Assembly: GCF_036971445.1 (NCBI RefSeq)
Contig: NC_091470.1
Span: 157,356,001 to 157,420,000, forward strand
Source: Narcine bancroftii
Lineage: Eukaryota
Length of the DNA: 64,000 nt
Direction: 5' to 3'
Shown here: one piece after another, positions 1 through 13,400 of the stretch
How positions within the stretch are numbered: position 1 is the stretch's first letter
How the letters are laid out: every line of letters starts with the position of its first letter
Translations under genes and position numbers: made by a program
The notes under the pieces: model-generated
Databases searched by the model: none
What the model was told of the DNA's origin: nothing
Seen by the model: the letters and a program-made list of their open reading frames with translations, nothing else

Positions 1-459
1 AGTCCTGAGCAGTCAAACTCCCATTGCCAATTACTCCAATATCTCTTTGTTGGACTTCCATTTCCCCTGAATAAACTGCTCCTCTGTCTAGAGATGAACT
101 CACTCTATTTGCTCTGTGACATTTAGAGAAATTGCACATGCCCCGATTTTCTTTATGGCACAAATCACAGTGGAAAATATGATCCAAATGCGGATTACAC
201 AAGATTGTAAAGATAGAATGAAATGTAAGGTAGAAGTTTGTAAATTGTTCAGAAAAAGTAGATTGGAAGTAGTTTTGAATCATTACCAATAAATTAATAA
301 ATGTAAGGTAGATAAAAGATGAGAATTAACTGGCAAGAAATATAAAAGCAGATTGCAAGCAAAGGGTAAAATAAAATGAGAGAGAAGTTGTCCTCCTGCA
401 TTCCTTTCATTTCCTGTTCTTCAATGATTATAGCTTGGGTCATTTTCCACATTAGTAGA

Positions 460-860
460 GCTGTATAAATACAATTGCTAATATAAAAAGGCCATTCAGC
501 CCTCAAGTCTGTTCCATCATTAAAAATGTTCATGCTCTTATATTCCTCCTCAGTGGCACTTGCCTTATACCTTGATTCTTTTTGTTGCCAAAAACCTACC
601 AATCTTTATAGAGACTGAGCCTTCACAGGTCTCTTAAGCAGAGATTTCAAAGATTAACTATTCTCTGGGTGAACAAATTTCTTCTCATTTCTGTCTTGGC
701 CCATCCCTCCCTCAATTTTGAGACTTTTTCTCCTGGTCTTTGACACCCCTTCTACGGGAATCACCAATTCTGTATCTACACCTTCTAGCCTCAATGGAAT
801 GATATGTTTCAAGGAGACTACCTCTCATTCTTTGACACTGCAATCTGCACCATCTCTCTT
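460..860 (-). mobile_element. Degraded CR1/L2-type LINE 3' fragment
   Basis: Resembles the better-preserved CR1-like 3' end at 25890-26358 (same motif order); no ORF. Confidence 0.5.
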
Positions 861-2159
861 AAAAATGCAATACCTCTATCCAAAGAGATAATTAGGCTCC
901 AACTGAAAGATCAGGGGTCAGTAATAGCACTGACTTTTAAAGAGCAGAATTATATGTAAGGAACAGCTAAGGTCCATGAGGGAGAAAGTAATGGAAGGAC
1001 AAACAAGCAGAGATAGAGGAAGCAGAAGGAGAAGCAGTTCAATGAAGCATAACTGTCAGTACAGATTGCAGCCTGTTCTTCGACACTATACAATTCAATG
1101 TTAGTGCCAGTGTGAATGACAAACCATAATCAGGTAGTCGTATCTGTAGTTGTTTAGCATGAAGTGAAAACAGAGTTTGCTGATCCTGGAGTTTGTTGTG
1201 ATAATTATCTAATTGTGCTACCTTGGAATAATCACTTTGGTTACAAATTATCATATAATATTGTGGAATTACAGATGGGAAATTAATGACTGTGGTCATA
1301 AAGAGCTATTTCCTGAGAGGGTACCTGTTAGTGATCAACGAGTTTTGCTAAGATTTCAAATTTTAGATTCTGCCAATATTGGAAAGATGTTCTCTCGAGT
1401 TTACCTGATGAAACCATTTCTTAATTTTAATGTTTATCAGATTCCCTCTTATGATGTTAATGAAAAAAAAACCAGCCTGTTCAATCTTATGAATAAATCA
1501 AAAGCAAAATTACATGAATTTGTTAATGGTCCCTGTATGTAACTAAACAGAACAAAGAGAGCTATTTAGGCTTTAAGTTGTGTTTATTAATCTCTTTGTT
1601 GGAAATGGGAGGATAGAAACATTGACCTTAGGGCTTTCTTCACAAGCAATGGAGGTCATTAAAAGAATGAAACACTAAGTATATCACAAGCCAGGACTAT
1701 GTATTGATTTAAGGCAGTCTTTAAGTTTCACTAACTTAGCTTCTAGTCAGCAAGAGTCAAGTGCAAACATGCAGCCGAATGTAAAATGCTGATTCATTTT
1801 TCCATCCAAAGATATAATTAATCCACCAAGAGTGCTTGTAGTTTAATTGGTGGTACCCACTGGTGCTGGCAGGAAGAAACCTTTGAGACAATAACTCATG
1901 GGTTTTGCTGATTTCATGTGTTTGTAACAGGAACACACAGGAGAGCTTCTGATGGGATCTAAATGCCAACAAGACAATTTGCGTTCAAAATGCTTATCTT
2001 TCACCTCTTTAAATATACACACAAGCAGACAGAAAGATGCAATCAAACACATTCAGAATGATGCCCCACTTATGAACACTTAGACAGGAAGATCCATCCA
2101 CAAAGCAGCATTGCAGCATTGGTGTATGTATTCTCCATCCAGCTGTTACAGAATACTTG

Positions 2160-2376
2160 TGTAGTACACGTTGAAAGAACCAAACACTTGTTGATCAAAA
2201 CCAAGGCTTTTATGAACTAAAAGACTGGAGTATATCACAAGTAGGTCGACCAGTCCAGAATGACCTGGTCTGGCTAGAAGCAATCCTTTAAGACCTGCCA
2301 GTAGGTGTGGCTACACTACACTACCATCTGTACATATGTACATTTACACATTGGTGATAGAATCTGTACTATCACA
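2160..2376 (-). mobile_element. Solo LTR (217 bp)
   Basis: TG...CA termini; 5-bp TSD ACTTG (2155-2159 / 2377-2381); homologous to 46169-46408. Confidence 0.85.
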
Positions 2377-2452
2377 ACTTGCTAAGTGAGATTAGGAGAT
2401 CTGTGATGAGGGGATTGTCCTACATGAGATACTAAGGGATATGGTCAATGGT

Positions 2453-5202
2453 AAGTAATCCTTACCATTCACAGAGCACTTATGGCATAGCGGTTACTTT
2501 TTTTTGTAATTCTTTATTTATCGCACTATGAACCATATCAGCCAATATATTTACAGATGCATCTCTTTAAATATTCACAGTGACATTTTCTCTTTATTTG
2601 CCCCATCCCTCCCTTCCCACCCCCCTCCAAAGAGTAAATATTAAACATATAAAATACAATAAAACAATATCTTTATACAAAAGGAATACAAACAAAAAAG
2701 ACGTATCATCTACTTATACACATTAAATTTGCTCGTGTTTATCTTCTTATCATTTTAGGAGGTGGTGGTCCGAGGCCTGCTCTTTCTGTTATGTTCCATA
2801 TATAGTTTCCAGGTTTTTTCAAACATTGTAACTTTGTCTTTTAAATTATATGTGATTTTTTTTTCCAATGGGATACATTTAAACTTGGTTATATATTCTA
2901 TTAATGTTTATAGTCATATAGTCCAACGTGGCCATCTTATATCTTTATTTTCACTTCTTTTCTGCCTCTTCACCCCCTTCATCCCTTTTTTCCATTACTG
3001 TTTTTTAAGTTTTCCTTTTTAATCTCAATATATGACAACGCACTTAAAGACATGAAATACCCCAACAATCCCCACAAGCAATAACCCTTTAACCCCTTGT
3101 CCCTTGATGGCAACCACAACTCCCCATTCCATTCGATTTGCGAACTTACTTGCAAGCGTCAACCGATTTCGCAGTGACCATTATTCTCCCCCCCAGCCCC
3201 CCACCAGAGAACACTATTTTGCTCTACATTAACAAAGCTCTCTCTTTTTTTTCCCCTTCTTCCCCTTCTCTTATCCATCTTCATATATACATTATCTTTA
3301 CTTTATATTTTTACATATTTTTGTATATTTTCTTGCTGGTCTTTCTTCTTGTCACTCCTCCTCCACTCTTCTCCTGTCCTGCAAAAGTTCAACAAATTCT
3401 TGGGCTTTCTTTGGGTCCAAGAACAGTCCATTCCATTCCCCAGGAATAAATACTTTGAGTACTGCTGGATATCTTAATATAAAGTTATAACCTTTCCTTC
3501 ATGAGATTGTTTTCGCCATGTTGAATTCCTTCTTCTTTAAAAGTATGAAGCTTATGTCCGGGTAAAAAAATACTTTTTGTCCCTTATATTCCAACGGCTT
3601 ATTGTCTTCTCTAACCTTTTTTCTTGCCTGCTCCAGTATGTTTTCTCTTGTCGTATATCTTAGAAATTTTACCAATATGGATCTCGATTTTTAATGTGGT
3701 GGCAGTTTTGGTACTAGCGCTCTATGTGCCCTTTCGATTTCTATTTCTTCATGTGAATCTGTCATTCCCAGCACCTTCGGGATCCATCCTTTTATAAACT
3801 CCTTCTTTGCCTTCTTTCAGGCCCACTATTTTTATGTTGTTTCGCCTACTGTAGTTTTCCAATACGTCAATTTTTTGTGACAATAAATCTTGTGTCTCTT
3901 TAATTTTTTTTATCGCCTTCTTCCACCTTCCCTCTTAAATCATTTATCTCCATTTCTACAGCAGCTTCTCATTCCTCCACATTTTCTACTCTTTTCCCTA
4001 TTTCAGTTATGACCAACTCTAAGCTTTGCATTCTGTCTTCAGCTCTTTTCATTTTTCTTTTGATTGAACTAATTTCTAATGATAGCCATTCTTTTAATGA
4101 CCTGTTCCTCAAAAAAGGCTTTATCTAAACTTCATCCTTCTATTTTACCTTCTTCTTTCCTTTGAAATTCTTGGTCTTCTTCTGTGTCTGTATCTAGGTG
4201 TGTCATCTTCTTCTCTTCTCTATATCTGTGTATCTTCATCCTTCTCTGGTGAGCTGCTTCTATATCCTTGCTGGGCCTCCAGCTGCTGTGTCTCCTGCTG
4301 CAGGTTGACCCTTGTTGAGCCTCCCGCTGAAGGTATCAACCCGCTATTGGGCCTACTGCCGCAGGTCGTCCTCCTGCCAGTCGCCCCGTTGCTGCTCATC
4401 CTCTTCCCACCCTTCAATCTCTTTCTCACCACTCTTCTTTTCTTCTTTCTTGTTTGCTTCCCCCAGCCGAACGCCCCGATACTGGGCGTCTCTCAGCTGG
4501 CCGCTCCTCAGCTAAGTCCCCCCCCCCCCGCTGGCGTTAACCTTTTCTTTTACTTGCGCACAGCACACGTGCAACTCTTCATGCATGCGCAGTTGCACAC
4601 CTCTTCTTGGCTCTTGAGAGCCAATTTTGAGGTCCACCGGTCAGGAGGACACCACTCCTCTGGGACTCACCAACTTCGGAGATCGGTTGCTCCTCTCCAC
4701 GGTGGCTCTTTGCTCCGACGTGCAGGTAAGGCCTTCTTCATTCTTCTCCAGTGATTTTCCTTCTTCCCTTTTCACTGTTATTCTTACTTTTTCTCTTTTG
4801 GGTGACATCTTCTGTCTCTTCTCTAACTTTATATTTCTCTTCCTGTATTTTATATTTATTGAGCTCTGTTTTTTCAAACCTTGTTTTTCTTTTCTCTGTA
4901 GAGGGCTGGTTCCACTCAATCAGCCACTACTCCATCATGTGACTCCTTCCAGCGTAGGGGTTACTTAAGGTAGGATGTGAGTGAAAAGAAAAAGTTTGTT
5001 TTAATCATTATGTGCACAGTTTCATAACTCCAAAGGAAATGGGCCAATGACAATTTTTCACAAGCAAAATATTTCAGTAACAATTTGGTCTAGAGCAGTG
5101 GTTCTCAACCATTTTTTCCCACCCACATACCACTTTAAGTAATCCCTTACTAATCAAAGAGCATCTATGGCATAGGGATTACTTAAAGTTTGAAAACCAC
5201 TA
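2453..5202. mobile_element. hAT-type MITE (CAGTGGTTCTCAAC family) split by an L1-like insertion
   Basis: 2453-2498 and 4951-5202 match the intact copy at 26367-26696. Confidence 0.7.
2499..4950 (-). mobile_element. L1-clade LINE with 5'UTR and degenerate ORF1; ORF2 almost entirely deleted
   Basis: Poly-T tail on + strand at ~2498; ORF2 start (MATLDYMTININ, ATG at 2935) joined at ~2880 to the C-terminal CIPLEK motif; diverged TSD gcatagcggttact (2485-2498) / gcgtaggggttact (4952-4965); homologous to 46720-49525. Confidence 0.8.
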
Positions 5203-5259
5203 GTGTAGTGTGTGATCTTCTTGAAACATAAAATATGGGGTGGACATATAGTAACATTT

Positions 5260-5800
5260 TTCTTGGATATCAGGGGTCGCCATCTTGAAATAAGGGGACA
5301 ATCACTTGGAACTGAGGTGAGAAGAAATTTCTTCAACGAGATGATAGTGAATCTTTGGCATTGTCTTTGCAGTAGGACTGCGGAGTATATTCAAAACAGA
5401 GATCAATTAATTATAGGACATTAAGAGATATGGAGAGCTGGAACTGTCCTGTTCGAAGAGATTAAGCAGACTAGGCCTTCACTCTCTAGAACCTCAAAGA
5501 GTGAAAGGTGATCACATTGAAACAAGTATCATTCCACTGGGGCTAGTCAGAAGAGATGCAGGGTTGGTAATTTCTCCTGGGGGTGGAGTGTCTGTAACCA
5601 GGAACACAGTCTCAAAATAGAGACAGGATAGTGACCTTAGAGGTCACTGAGTATATTCAAGACATTAGCTTTTTGCTTAATGGAATAAAGGAATATGGGA
5701 TTAGTTCAGGAAGTGTTGCTGAAGTTAAAGATCAGGTTAGCTGATGGGAGGTCAGGTATAGGGGCCAGGTGATCAACACCTACTTCTATCTCATATGTTC
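5260..5800 (+). mobile_element. Degraded CR1/L2-type LINE 3' fragments
   Basis: Remnant peptide EVRRNFFNEMIVNLW, typical of the CR1-like ORF2 C-terminus. Confidence 0.6.
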
Positions 5801-6300
5801 TTGTGATGAAAGAACAGATTCAAGAGCAAAAGTGAAATGTGATCATCTCTATTCCTCCCATTCCTCACTCCCCGCGCACCCAACACTCTGGTGCTTACTA
5901 GAAAAAGAGATAAGAGAAGTAGAGTGCTCACAAAGGAAAAGAGGTGGTTTAATTAAAGATCAACACTATGAAGCCATGTTACCATCTCCAAAATAGGAAC
6001 TAGTCCATCATGAGAGCCTAAAAGAAGGTGCTAAAAAGTTAACAGGAATCAGTAAAGAGTGAAATTAATATTCATTTCAACTGAAGACAAAAGAATGAAA
6101 GCAAAATGAAAATGACTGGAGAAAGAGAAACAAATGAACAATTTCAAACAATTGAACAAAAGTAATTTAGTAAAAGTAATGATTTGAGAAAATATTTCAT
6201 ATTAAGAAAAAAGATTTAGAATGATGAAATAAGTAAAGAAACCTACATTATATGATGAAGAATACAATGTTATTTTACAAATATAGCTATAGAAAAATTA

Positions 6301-7075
6301 CACTGGACAGCAAATTTTTTCAAAACGTTTGCTTCCTGAAAGAAAATTGAGGGTTATGATAGACAACATCAAGCTGAACACAAAGGTCATTTAAAATTTG
6401 CTGTATCACGTAGGAAGTTGGAGAAACATTAAATTAACTTTTATTGAATTTAGCATGTTTAATCGCATAATAAAGTCGACATATTGCTCTCAGGTTGACT
6501 GCACATGTTGCTCAACAAATATGAGGAGCACAGGGTTTGCCTTGGTCACCAATTTTACAACCGAAGTAGACCTCATAGGTTTTCTTATTAAGTGCAGTCA
6601 TATTGCATCTTTGAGCCTTAAACGTACACTCGCCACAAATGTAACAGAATAAATCGCAACTATTGTGACATTGACGAGACACTTCTGCTGTATTGAATCT
6701 TCCTGAAGACAACAAATGCTACTGTTAAGTCAACTCACAATACTATGGCCTGAAGAACATGAGCATCAACGTGCATTCAATCTGTATCAATATAATGTAT
6801 AGCATCTGTATATGTGAATATGTGAGCTGCTTCCATCTTGACTAAGCATGCCCAGGCCTAAGACAACATTTGCATAGCACCTGCAGTGAGTGCATGCCCA
6901 GGCATGCTTGGACTGACCAAAACAGTTATACTAGTGAACTTAAAATATGACCAGAAATCACAAAAATAAGTTATATCTAAAAAACAGTCAGTGTGATAGA
7001 AAGTTTTAAAGGTTATTTTTGTGATCAGAAGCCTAAAATCCATAAAATCCATCCAAAAATGTTCGGGAAGCTCTG
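6301..7075 (-). mobile_element. Non-autonomous Chapaev3 (CMC) DNA transposon derivative
   Basis: CACTGG terminus after TTA; ORF 6512-6715 encodes the Chapaev3-type N-terminal FCYICGE...YFGCKIGDQ..PCAPHIC motif; second copy at 30615-34138. Confidence 0.75.
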
Positions 7076-7768
7076 TTGTGAGGAGGCTCCTGAGTTAGTA
7101 GCAGAAATTTGCAAGGATTCTTATTCAGATCTTTATGTCCATGTTTTCAAATAGAAAAAATTAAAGAAGTGTTGAGTCATAAATTGGCTTAAAACAAAAT
7201 GTTTTTAAATGTTTTCATTATCATAAAAATACATAATTAGTGAAGGATTAAGCTAAATATGGAAAAACTTATTAGGTGACTGGTTATGTGTAAGAATCCT
7301 GTGAGAATTGAAAAAATACATGTCACACTTCAATTAAGAGGTGATGTGTGCAGGAGGACTGGAGAGGGGTCCATTTCATACTAAGTTTTGCGAAAGGTGA
7401 TTGGTTAACCTAGGCAATTGATAATTAACTCAACATTCATGTTTGGGTAAATTCTGCAGTCCTTCATTAAAGATGAAATTACTAATAGATGAAAAGAGAA
7501 TGATAAAAAGCAACTAATTTCAGAGAGAAAGATAATCCTTCACAACATGAAATTCTGTAAAGAGATGATTCTTGTGGATGGTGGAATGCTGTGGGTGTGA
7601 TTCATGCAAACTTTTGGAAAGCCTTTGCAAATGAAGCTCCACTATTTACAATAGAAGGAAAAGGGGGAAAAGGGAAATTCATATCTGTGAGCCTGACATC
7701 AGATGCAAACTAAATGCTGAGATCTGTAATGAAGGATGTGTTTATAGGATGCTTAGAAAGCCATAGAA

Positions 7769-8767
7769 CACACATGTCAAACTCTGGCCCGCGGACCAAA
7801 TTTGGCCTGCGATATAAATATATTTGGCCCGCAAGATCATTTCAAAAATGTATTAGAGGTGGCCCGCTGGCCGCCGCGCCAGTATAGCGCATGCACAGCT
7901 AATACAATAAATCACAGAATGCATTGGCGTCAGCCCGCTAATCGCCCCCACCTCCTCTGTTTACGTTGCAGGGTCTCACCGTGGACTCTGGTTTTGGGGC
8001 ATGGGGCATGGGGCATGGGGCATGGCCGGTGTCAGGTGACCTCACCAGGACCGTTGCCCACTCCCCCTCCCTGCCGCAGGCCGACCCGCAACTCACGGTG
8101 ACGGGGCCGCTGATCCGCCGAGATGCCGCCCTGCAACGAGAGCTGATGCCCCCGCACTGTCGTTGTCCAACCCGATCGCCCGCAAACCCCGCCCTCCCGC
8201 ACACAGGCCTGAGTAAGTATTATGAACTTTAATCTCAGGATAAAACGATCTTCCAATTGTTTCATGTCACAATGATAAATATATTCCTGGTTAAAAATGG
8301 TCCTGCACCTGGATACAAGCTCATTAGGCATAAAACTTGAAAAGTGTGTAAATCAAAGGATATCTGTACCAATGGAAAAAGGGCATGGCAAATAACCCTG
8401 CTAGAGTTCATGCCCACAATCAGTCACCCATTTGATTGTTTCAGGAATCATGTTATTCTCCCACATTCTCAATAGCCCTCAGATTTTACTATTCAACAGC
8501 ACACCAGCAACATTTGACAAATCCTCTATAGAGAAATATTATTTATTGAATATTTTATTTCTCATTTGTTAATGCTTCTGGAAAGAGTTTATCCAAAACT
8601 ATTATTAAACATTTATTTTAATAAGAAAAAGTTTAACATTACTTATGTTGAAAGAAGAGAAAACATGCAGATGTTGTTGAAAAATTTCAATAAATATTTA
8701 GTTCGGCCCTCGACTTAGTCCAAGTTTTTAATTTTGGCCCTCCGTGAATTTGAGTTTGACACCCCTG
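7769..8767. mobile_element. Non-autonomous hAT element
   Basis: TIR (ca....tgtcaaactc / gagtttgacacccctg); perfect 8-bp TSD CCATAGAA (7761-7768 / 8768-8775); GC-rich interior. Confidence 0.9.
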
Positions 8768-8894
8768 CCATAGAATAACTAAGCCATAGAAACAATCATT
8801 GGTTTTATGAAGGAAAATCATGGTTGGTCTTTCTATAGTTAATCTTCAGTCTGTAGCCAATGTTCTTTTTGGTCTCTCCATTCCTCCCTCTCAG

Positions 8895-9650
8895 AATTAG
8901 AACTTATTGTCATGAACATGTTTCACCAGATTCATTGTTTTGCGACAGCATTACAGACATATTGTTATGACTTACATTAAAAATAATAAATTAGTGCAAA
9001 AGAAGACAAAAATTAGGTAGCGTCTGTGGTTCATTGTTCATTCTGAAATGAATGGCAAAGGTGAAGAAGCCGTTTTTATACCATTGGGTGTTTGCCTTCA
9101 AGCTCTTGTACCTCCTTCCTGATGGTAGCAGTGAGAAGAGGGCACAGGCCTCAGTGGTGGGGATCCTTGATGATAAATACTGGTTTCTTGCGACACTGCT
9201 TCTTGTAGATGTTCTTAAGGGAATGGAGACTAATGTCCATGATGGCGCTGGCCTTGTTCATGACTCTTTGTAGCCTTTTTCTGTTCTATGGATTGGTACC
9301 TCCATAGCAAACAGTGATGCAACCAGTCAGAATACTCTCTATGGTACACCTGTAGAAATTTTAACAGTCTTAACAGGTGGCACACTTGGCTGAGCAGTTA
9401 GCTCAACACCTTTACAGTGTCAGTGATTGGGACCAGACTGGGGTTTGAATCTCGCGGTGTAAGAAGTTTGTACGTTCTCCCCGGTTTTCTCCGGGGACTC
9501 AGGTTTTCTCCCACTATTCAAAGAAAATGTACCAGTGGTACAGGTTAATGGAGTGTTACCATGCTGTACATCTAAATTAAATTTGGTGACAGACCGAATC
9601 TCCTCAAAACTCCTAACAAAGTATAGCCACTGGCAAGCCTTCTGCACTAC
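8895..9650 (-). mobile_element. Rex1/Babar-like LINE 3' fragment interrupted by a SINE
   Basis: Minus strand encodes LLPSGRRY-like C-terminal motif; similar + strand fragment at 14040-14357. Confidence 0.55.
9376..9580 (+). mobile_element. tRNA-derived SINE
   Basis: A/B-box-like head (ggctgagcagttagc...gggtttgaatc); related copies at 52896-53095 and 57180-57330. Confidence 0.6.
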
Positions 9651-11120
9651 AATTTAAAGTTTGTTCCTATGAAATACTTACTATGTTTCTTCCTCCACAG
9701 ATGCTAAGCGAGCTGTTTCCACTAATTCCTATTTTTATTTCATATGTAACAAATCTAACAGGTCTTTATTTTATGTGAATCTGCCATCAAATTCAAGATT
9801 CACATGTCTGTTTGCAGATTGTTGGATATTTTTGTCACAGAATGCAGAATCATGTAATACACTGCTAAATGCTGAATGGACTCAGGATCCTAGATTTAGC
9901 AAGGGATCCAACACATAATTCTAGATTCTTTAGCCAGGGAAGCATCTCCTTGCAGCCACCCTATCAGAATTATGTATGTTTTAATGAGATCTCCTCTTAT
10001 TCTCCCAAATTCTTGAGAATATAGGCCTAGTCTAGTCAATCTCTCCTCATGTGACAAACCCATCCTTCCCTAGAACCATATTCTCTTTATGAAGTATATC
10101 CTTTCTTTGGCAAATTTTGATAAATCTTCCTAAAGCAGAAGGTTTGGGCAATTTGTATGATCTCTAACACTACTGAAAATATGATGATCTCTTACAATGT
10201 CCATTATATTTTAGGGTAATTTTTCGAGATACAAGGGACCTAATATCATAATATTCTCGCTGAGGTCCCTATTTATAGCTGAATTACTATTACACCCCTG
10301 TGTTTCCTTTAAAGCATGTTACAGGAAACAACAAGGAATTGTGAAATTATAGGCCAGTGAGAGGTAAAAAGGAACAACTGCCAAGAAAATTATTGATATG
10401 AGGAAATTAGCAGGAAACCAATGTCAGGAGAGCATTATTGTGAATGATGGATTCTGTGCAACACCAAGTCAGAGAATAATAATCTGGAAGAATTACTGAG
10501 GCAAGTAAAGAAGGGAGAGGGAAACAAAAATATACTGCATTTTAAAATCAAATTAAGAATTAAAGACAGAACACACATCAGCAGTAAAATGGCAGTGAAT
10601 TGCTGCTGGTGTAGTCAGTGCTATATTTTGCTTCCAGTAGAGACAGGTCACAGATCACCCTAACAAGAATAACATAGAGTGTAATATTAACATATGAATT
10701 AGCAGAGGAAATGGCAATCTAAATAATTCTGAATGAATAATATGAAATGATTCCAAAATATTACTTGATGAGATAATGAAATCCATTCATTCTGATAAAT
10801 CCAGCTAGTTAATGGGCAGAAGTGAAAAAAACTTCATAAATTGTGCATTCGCTCATTAACCAATATATTTGTTGCTAGGCTCAATTATCAATTACTTGGT
10901 CATTGAGGTGAAAAGGTTTACTTGGTCAGCAAAACAACAGTTTAAAAATCAGACAGTAGATTCCAGTTAAAATAGACACAAGATGCTGAGCTTCCTCCAC
11001 TCTGACCCAACCCGGTTCCAGCCAAGGTAAGCACTACCTTTAGATAATTTATTTCTTCCTTCCTGATCCTGGACACACTTCTCCAGAATTTACTTGGATA
11101 ACAATAGAGGATTTAACATA

Positions 11121-11570
11121 TCTTTGGCTTGGCTTCGCGGACGAAGATTTATGGAGGGGGTAAAAGTCCACGTCAGCTGCAGGCTCGTTTGTGGCTGACA
11201 AGTCTGATGCGGGACAGGCAGACACGGTTGCAGCGGCTGCAGGGGAAAATTGGTTGGTTGGGGTTGGGTGTTGGGTTTTTCCTCCTTTGCCTTTTGTCAG
11301 TGAGGTGGGCTCTGCGGTCTTCTTCAAAGGAGGTTGCTGCCCGCCAAACTGTGAGGCGCCAAAATGCACAGTTTGAGGCGTTATCAGCCCACTGGCAGTG
11401 GTCAATGTGGCAGGCACCAAGAGATTTCTTTAGGCAGTCCTTGTACCTTTTCTTTGGTGCACCTCTGTCACGGTGGCCAGTGGAGAGCTCGCCATATAAC
11501 ACGATCTTGGGAAGGCGATGGTCCTCCATTCTGGAGACGTGACCCATCCAGCGCAGCTGGATCTTCAGCA
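11121..11570 (-). mobile_element. RTE-clade LINE, 5'-truncated copy 1
   Basis: Encodes [10 protein letters not shown]...[21 protein letters not shown]-terminus; near-identical to other copies; no clear TSD. Confidence 0.95.
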
Positions 11571-12829
11571 CTATTAATTATGTATTGCAATGAGGAAGAA
11601 ATACCCCAAGAATTACAGATCTTAGTAGAACTTAGTGAAGTTTTCTAAGTTTGTCTTTTCTCTGTCCTTCTCTCTCACATTCGTAATCCAAACTTTATTT
11701 CCCTTGGTTTCTGCTTTATTTTATTGTGGTGTATTCTGTCCTTTTGATTCATTTTTCTTTTTCTTTTCTCTCCTTGAATTTCATTGGTCAAGTTTGTTGA
11801 TTATTTAGGTGCCTGATATCCTACTGATCTTTCATATATTATTAAAATGTGCCTTTCCAGATATTTATGGGGGAGAAAACCGCCAGAAGGAAAATATCCC
11901 AATGGAATCTAGTTCAGTGAAGCCTCTTCTCAGACAGTCCTGAATCATAATCACTCTCCAGATTACTAGCTTGATGTTCATGTGTTCCAGAAAGTTGCAT
12001 TAAGTGACTAACAAAAGTCTCCTACATATTTTCACTTCTATTATTTTTTTAATGTAATATGGAAAAGATAATTAAAATATCCAACAAGTAGGTTGGAATT
12101 TGTTAATTTAATTTCAGTTCTTCAGTTCTATCAAAATTATGTAACAAAATCTGACTAAATCTGAATGCAAATTAGTTTCAATTAAGTTTACCAAGGTAAC
12201 AAGTTGTAAAATCTGTGATTCGCTATCTGTCTTTTTGCTGATTTGATGTGAGGCTGAAGGACGTGGTAGCAGTCAAGTTGTTGCTTCTAATCAAACTTAT
12301 ATTGAGCCAAGAATATCCTGCAGGACAATTAAACAAATAACATTTCAATGTCTGTTGGGTATAGGATATTGAAGGGTGATCTTTTGGAAGAATTTAAAAT
12401 GTTAAAAACATTGGATAGGGTAGATGAGAAGAAATTATTTTCTCCTGTGGGAGAAGCAAGAACTGGGAAACATAATATTAGAACCAACCTATTCTACAAA
12501 AACAAGTAGAAATTTGGAAAACCCTGCTCTAAAGGTTTGAGGCACTTGAAATTTTGTGCTTGAGAGATTTTTCTGAATAAGTTTATGGTTGCTATGGAGA
12601 AGGGCAATAAATGGCCAGAAATTAAGGTTTTAAATTGGAGGGAGATAGTTTTCCAATACAAGACTGAATCTGAAAGATATGGATGGGGGGAAACTACTTG
12701 CAGAACTAAGACCTAAGGGAATCATTAAAAAATTAATAATGAGAATTCAGACCCAATTTGTTCTGGTGAAAGATGTGGTCATGGCAAAGAAATTATGGCT
12801 TTGGAAGGAGCAGTTAGGCTAAGGTATAC

Positions 12830-13400
12830 ACCATGAATGGTAGGACCTCAAGAAGATGGGAGGAACAGGAACTAGTGGCATACTGAATAAGGATCCCAAA
12901 GGTAGAAGCACAGGTAGATGAGGAGTTTAAGACGCCATATAGTATACTTACATTAATTAGACAGGGCATAGAGTATAATAGCAGTAAGATACAGAATATA
13001 GAGCATTATTTGGGCCACAGCTGGAGTATGATGTGCAGTTCTGGTCGCCACTCTATGTGATTGCACAGGAGAGGGTACAAAGGAAATTCACCAAGATGTT
13101 GCCTGGGATGGAGCAATTCAGTGATAGTGACCTGGTTTCTACTCTGACCTTTGGTACTGTTTGCATGGGGTTTGTCATTGCATGCCTTTTTTTTCAGGCA
13201 CTCTTGTTTTCCTACCAGATCGCAAAAACATGCAGTTTGATGGGTTATTTGTAAATTGCCCCTAGTATTTTGGGAACGGGTAAATCTGGGGAAGTCATTG
13301 TGAAAATAGAGAAAATAAAATGTAGGCTTGATGTAAAAGGGTGTTTGATGGTTGGCAAGGATTTGGTGGGCCAAAGGGCCTTTTCCACACTCTATGATTC
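12830..13400 (+). mobile_element. CR1-like RT fragment followed by a SINE-like tail
   Basis: Remnant QFWSP...ERVQRKFTKMLPGM motif. Confidence 0.6.

Noticed and set aside
4200-4968. Long Leu/Phe/Ser-rich + strand ORFs (also 48583-49518)
   Set aside because: They are antisense readings of the purine-rich L1 5'UTR and ORF1
5800-6290. Purine-rich, coding-like stretch
   Set aside because: Frequent stops and no recognisable motif or consistent splice frame
7802-8331. Cluster of overlapping GC-rich ORFs and a CpG-rich patch
   Set aside because: It lies inside a TSD-bounded hAT element and shows no recognisable protein motif
11049-11648. Repeated alternative-frame ORFs (MVPATLTT..., MAWLRGRR...) found at five loci
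   Set aside because: They are shadow frames of the same RTE 3' end, not a gene family
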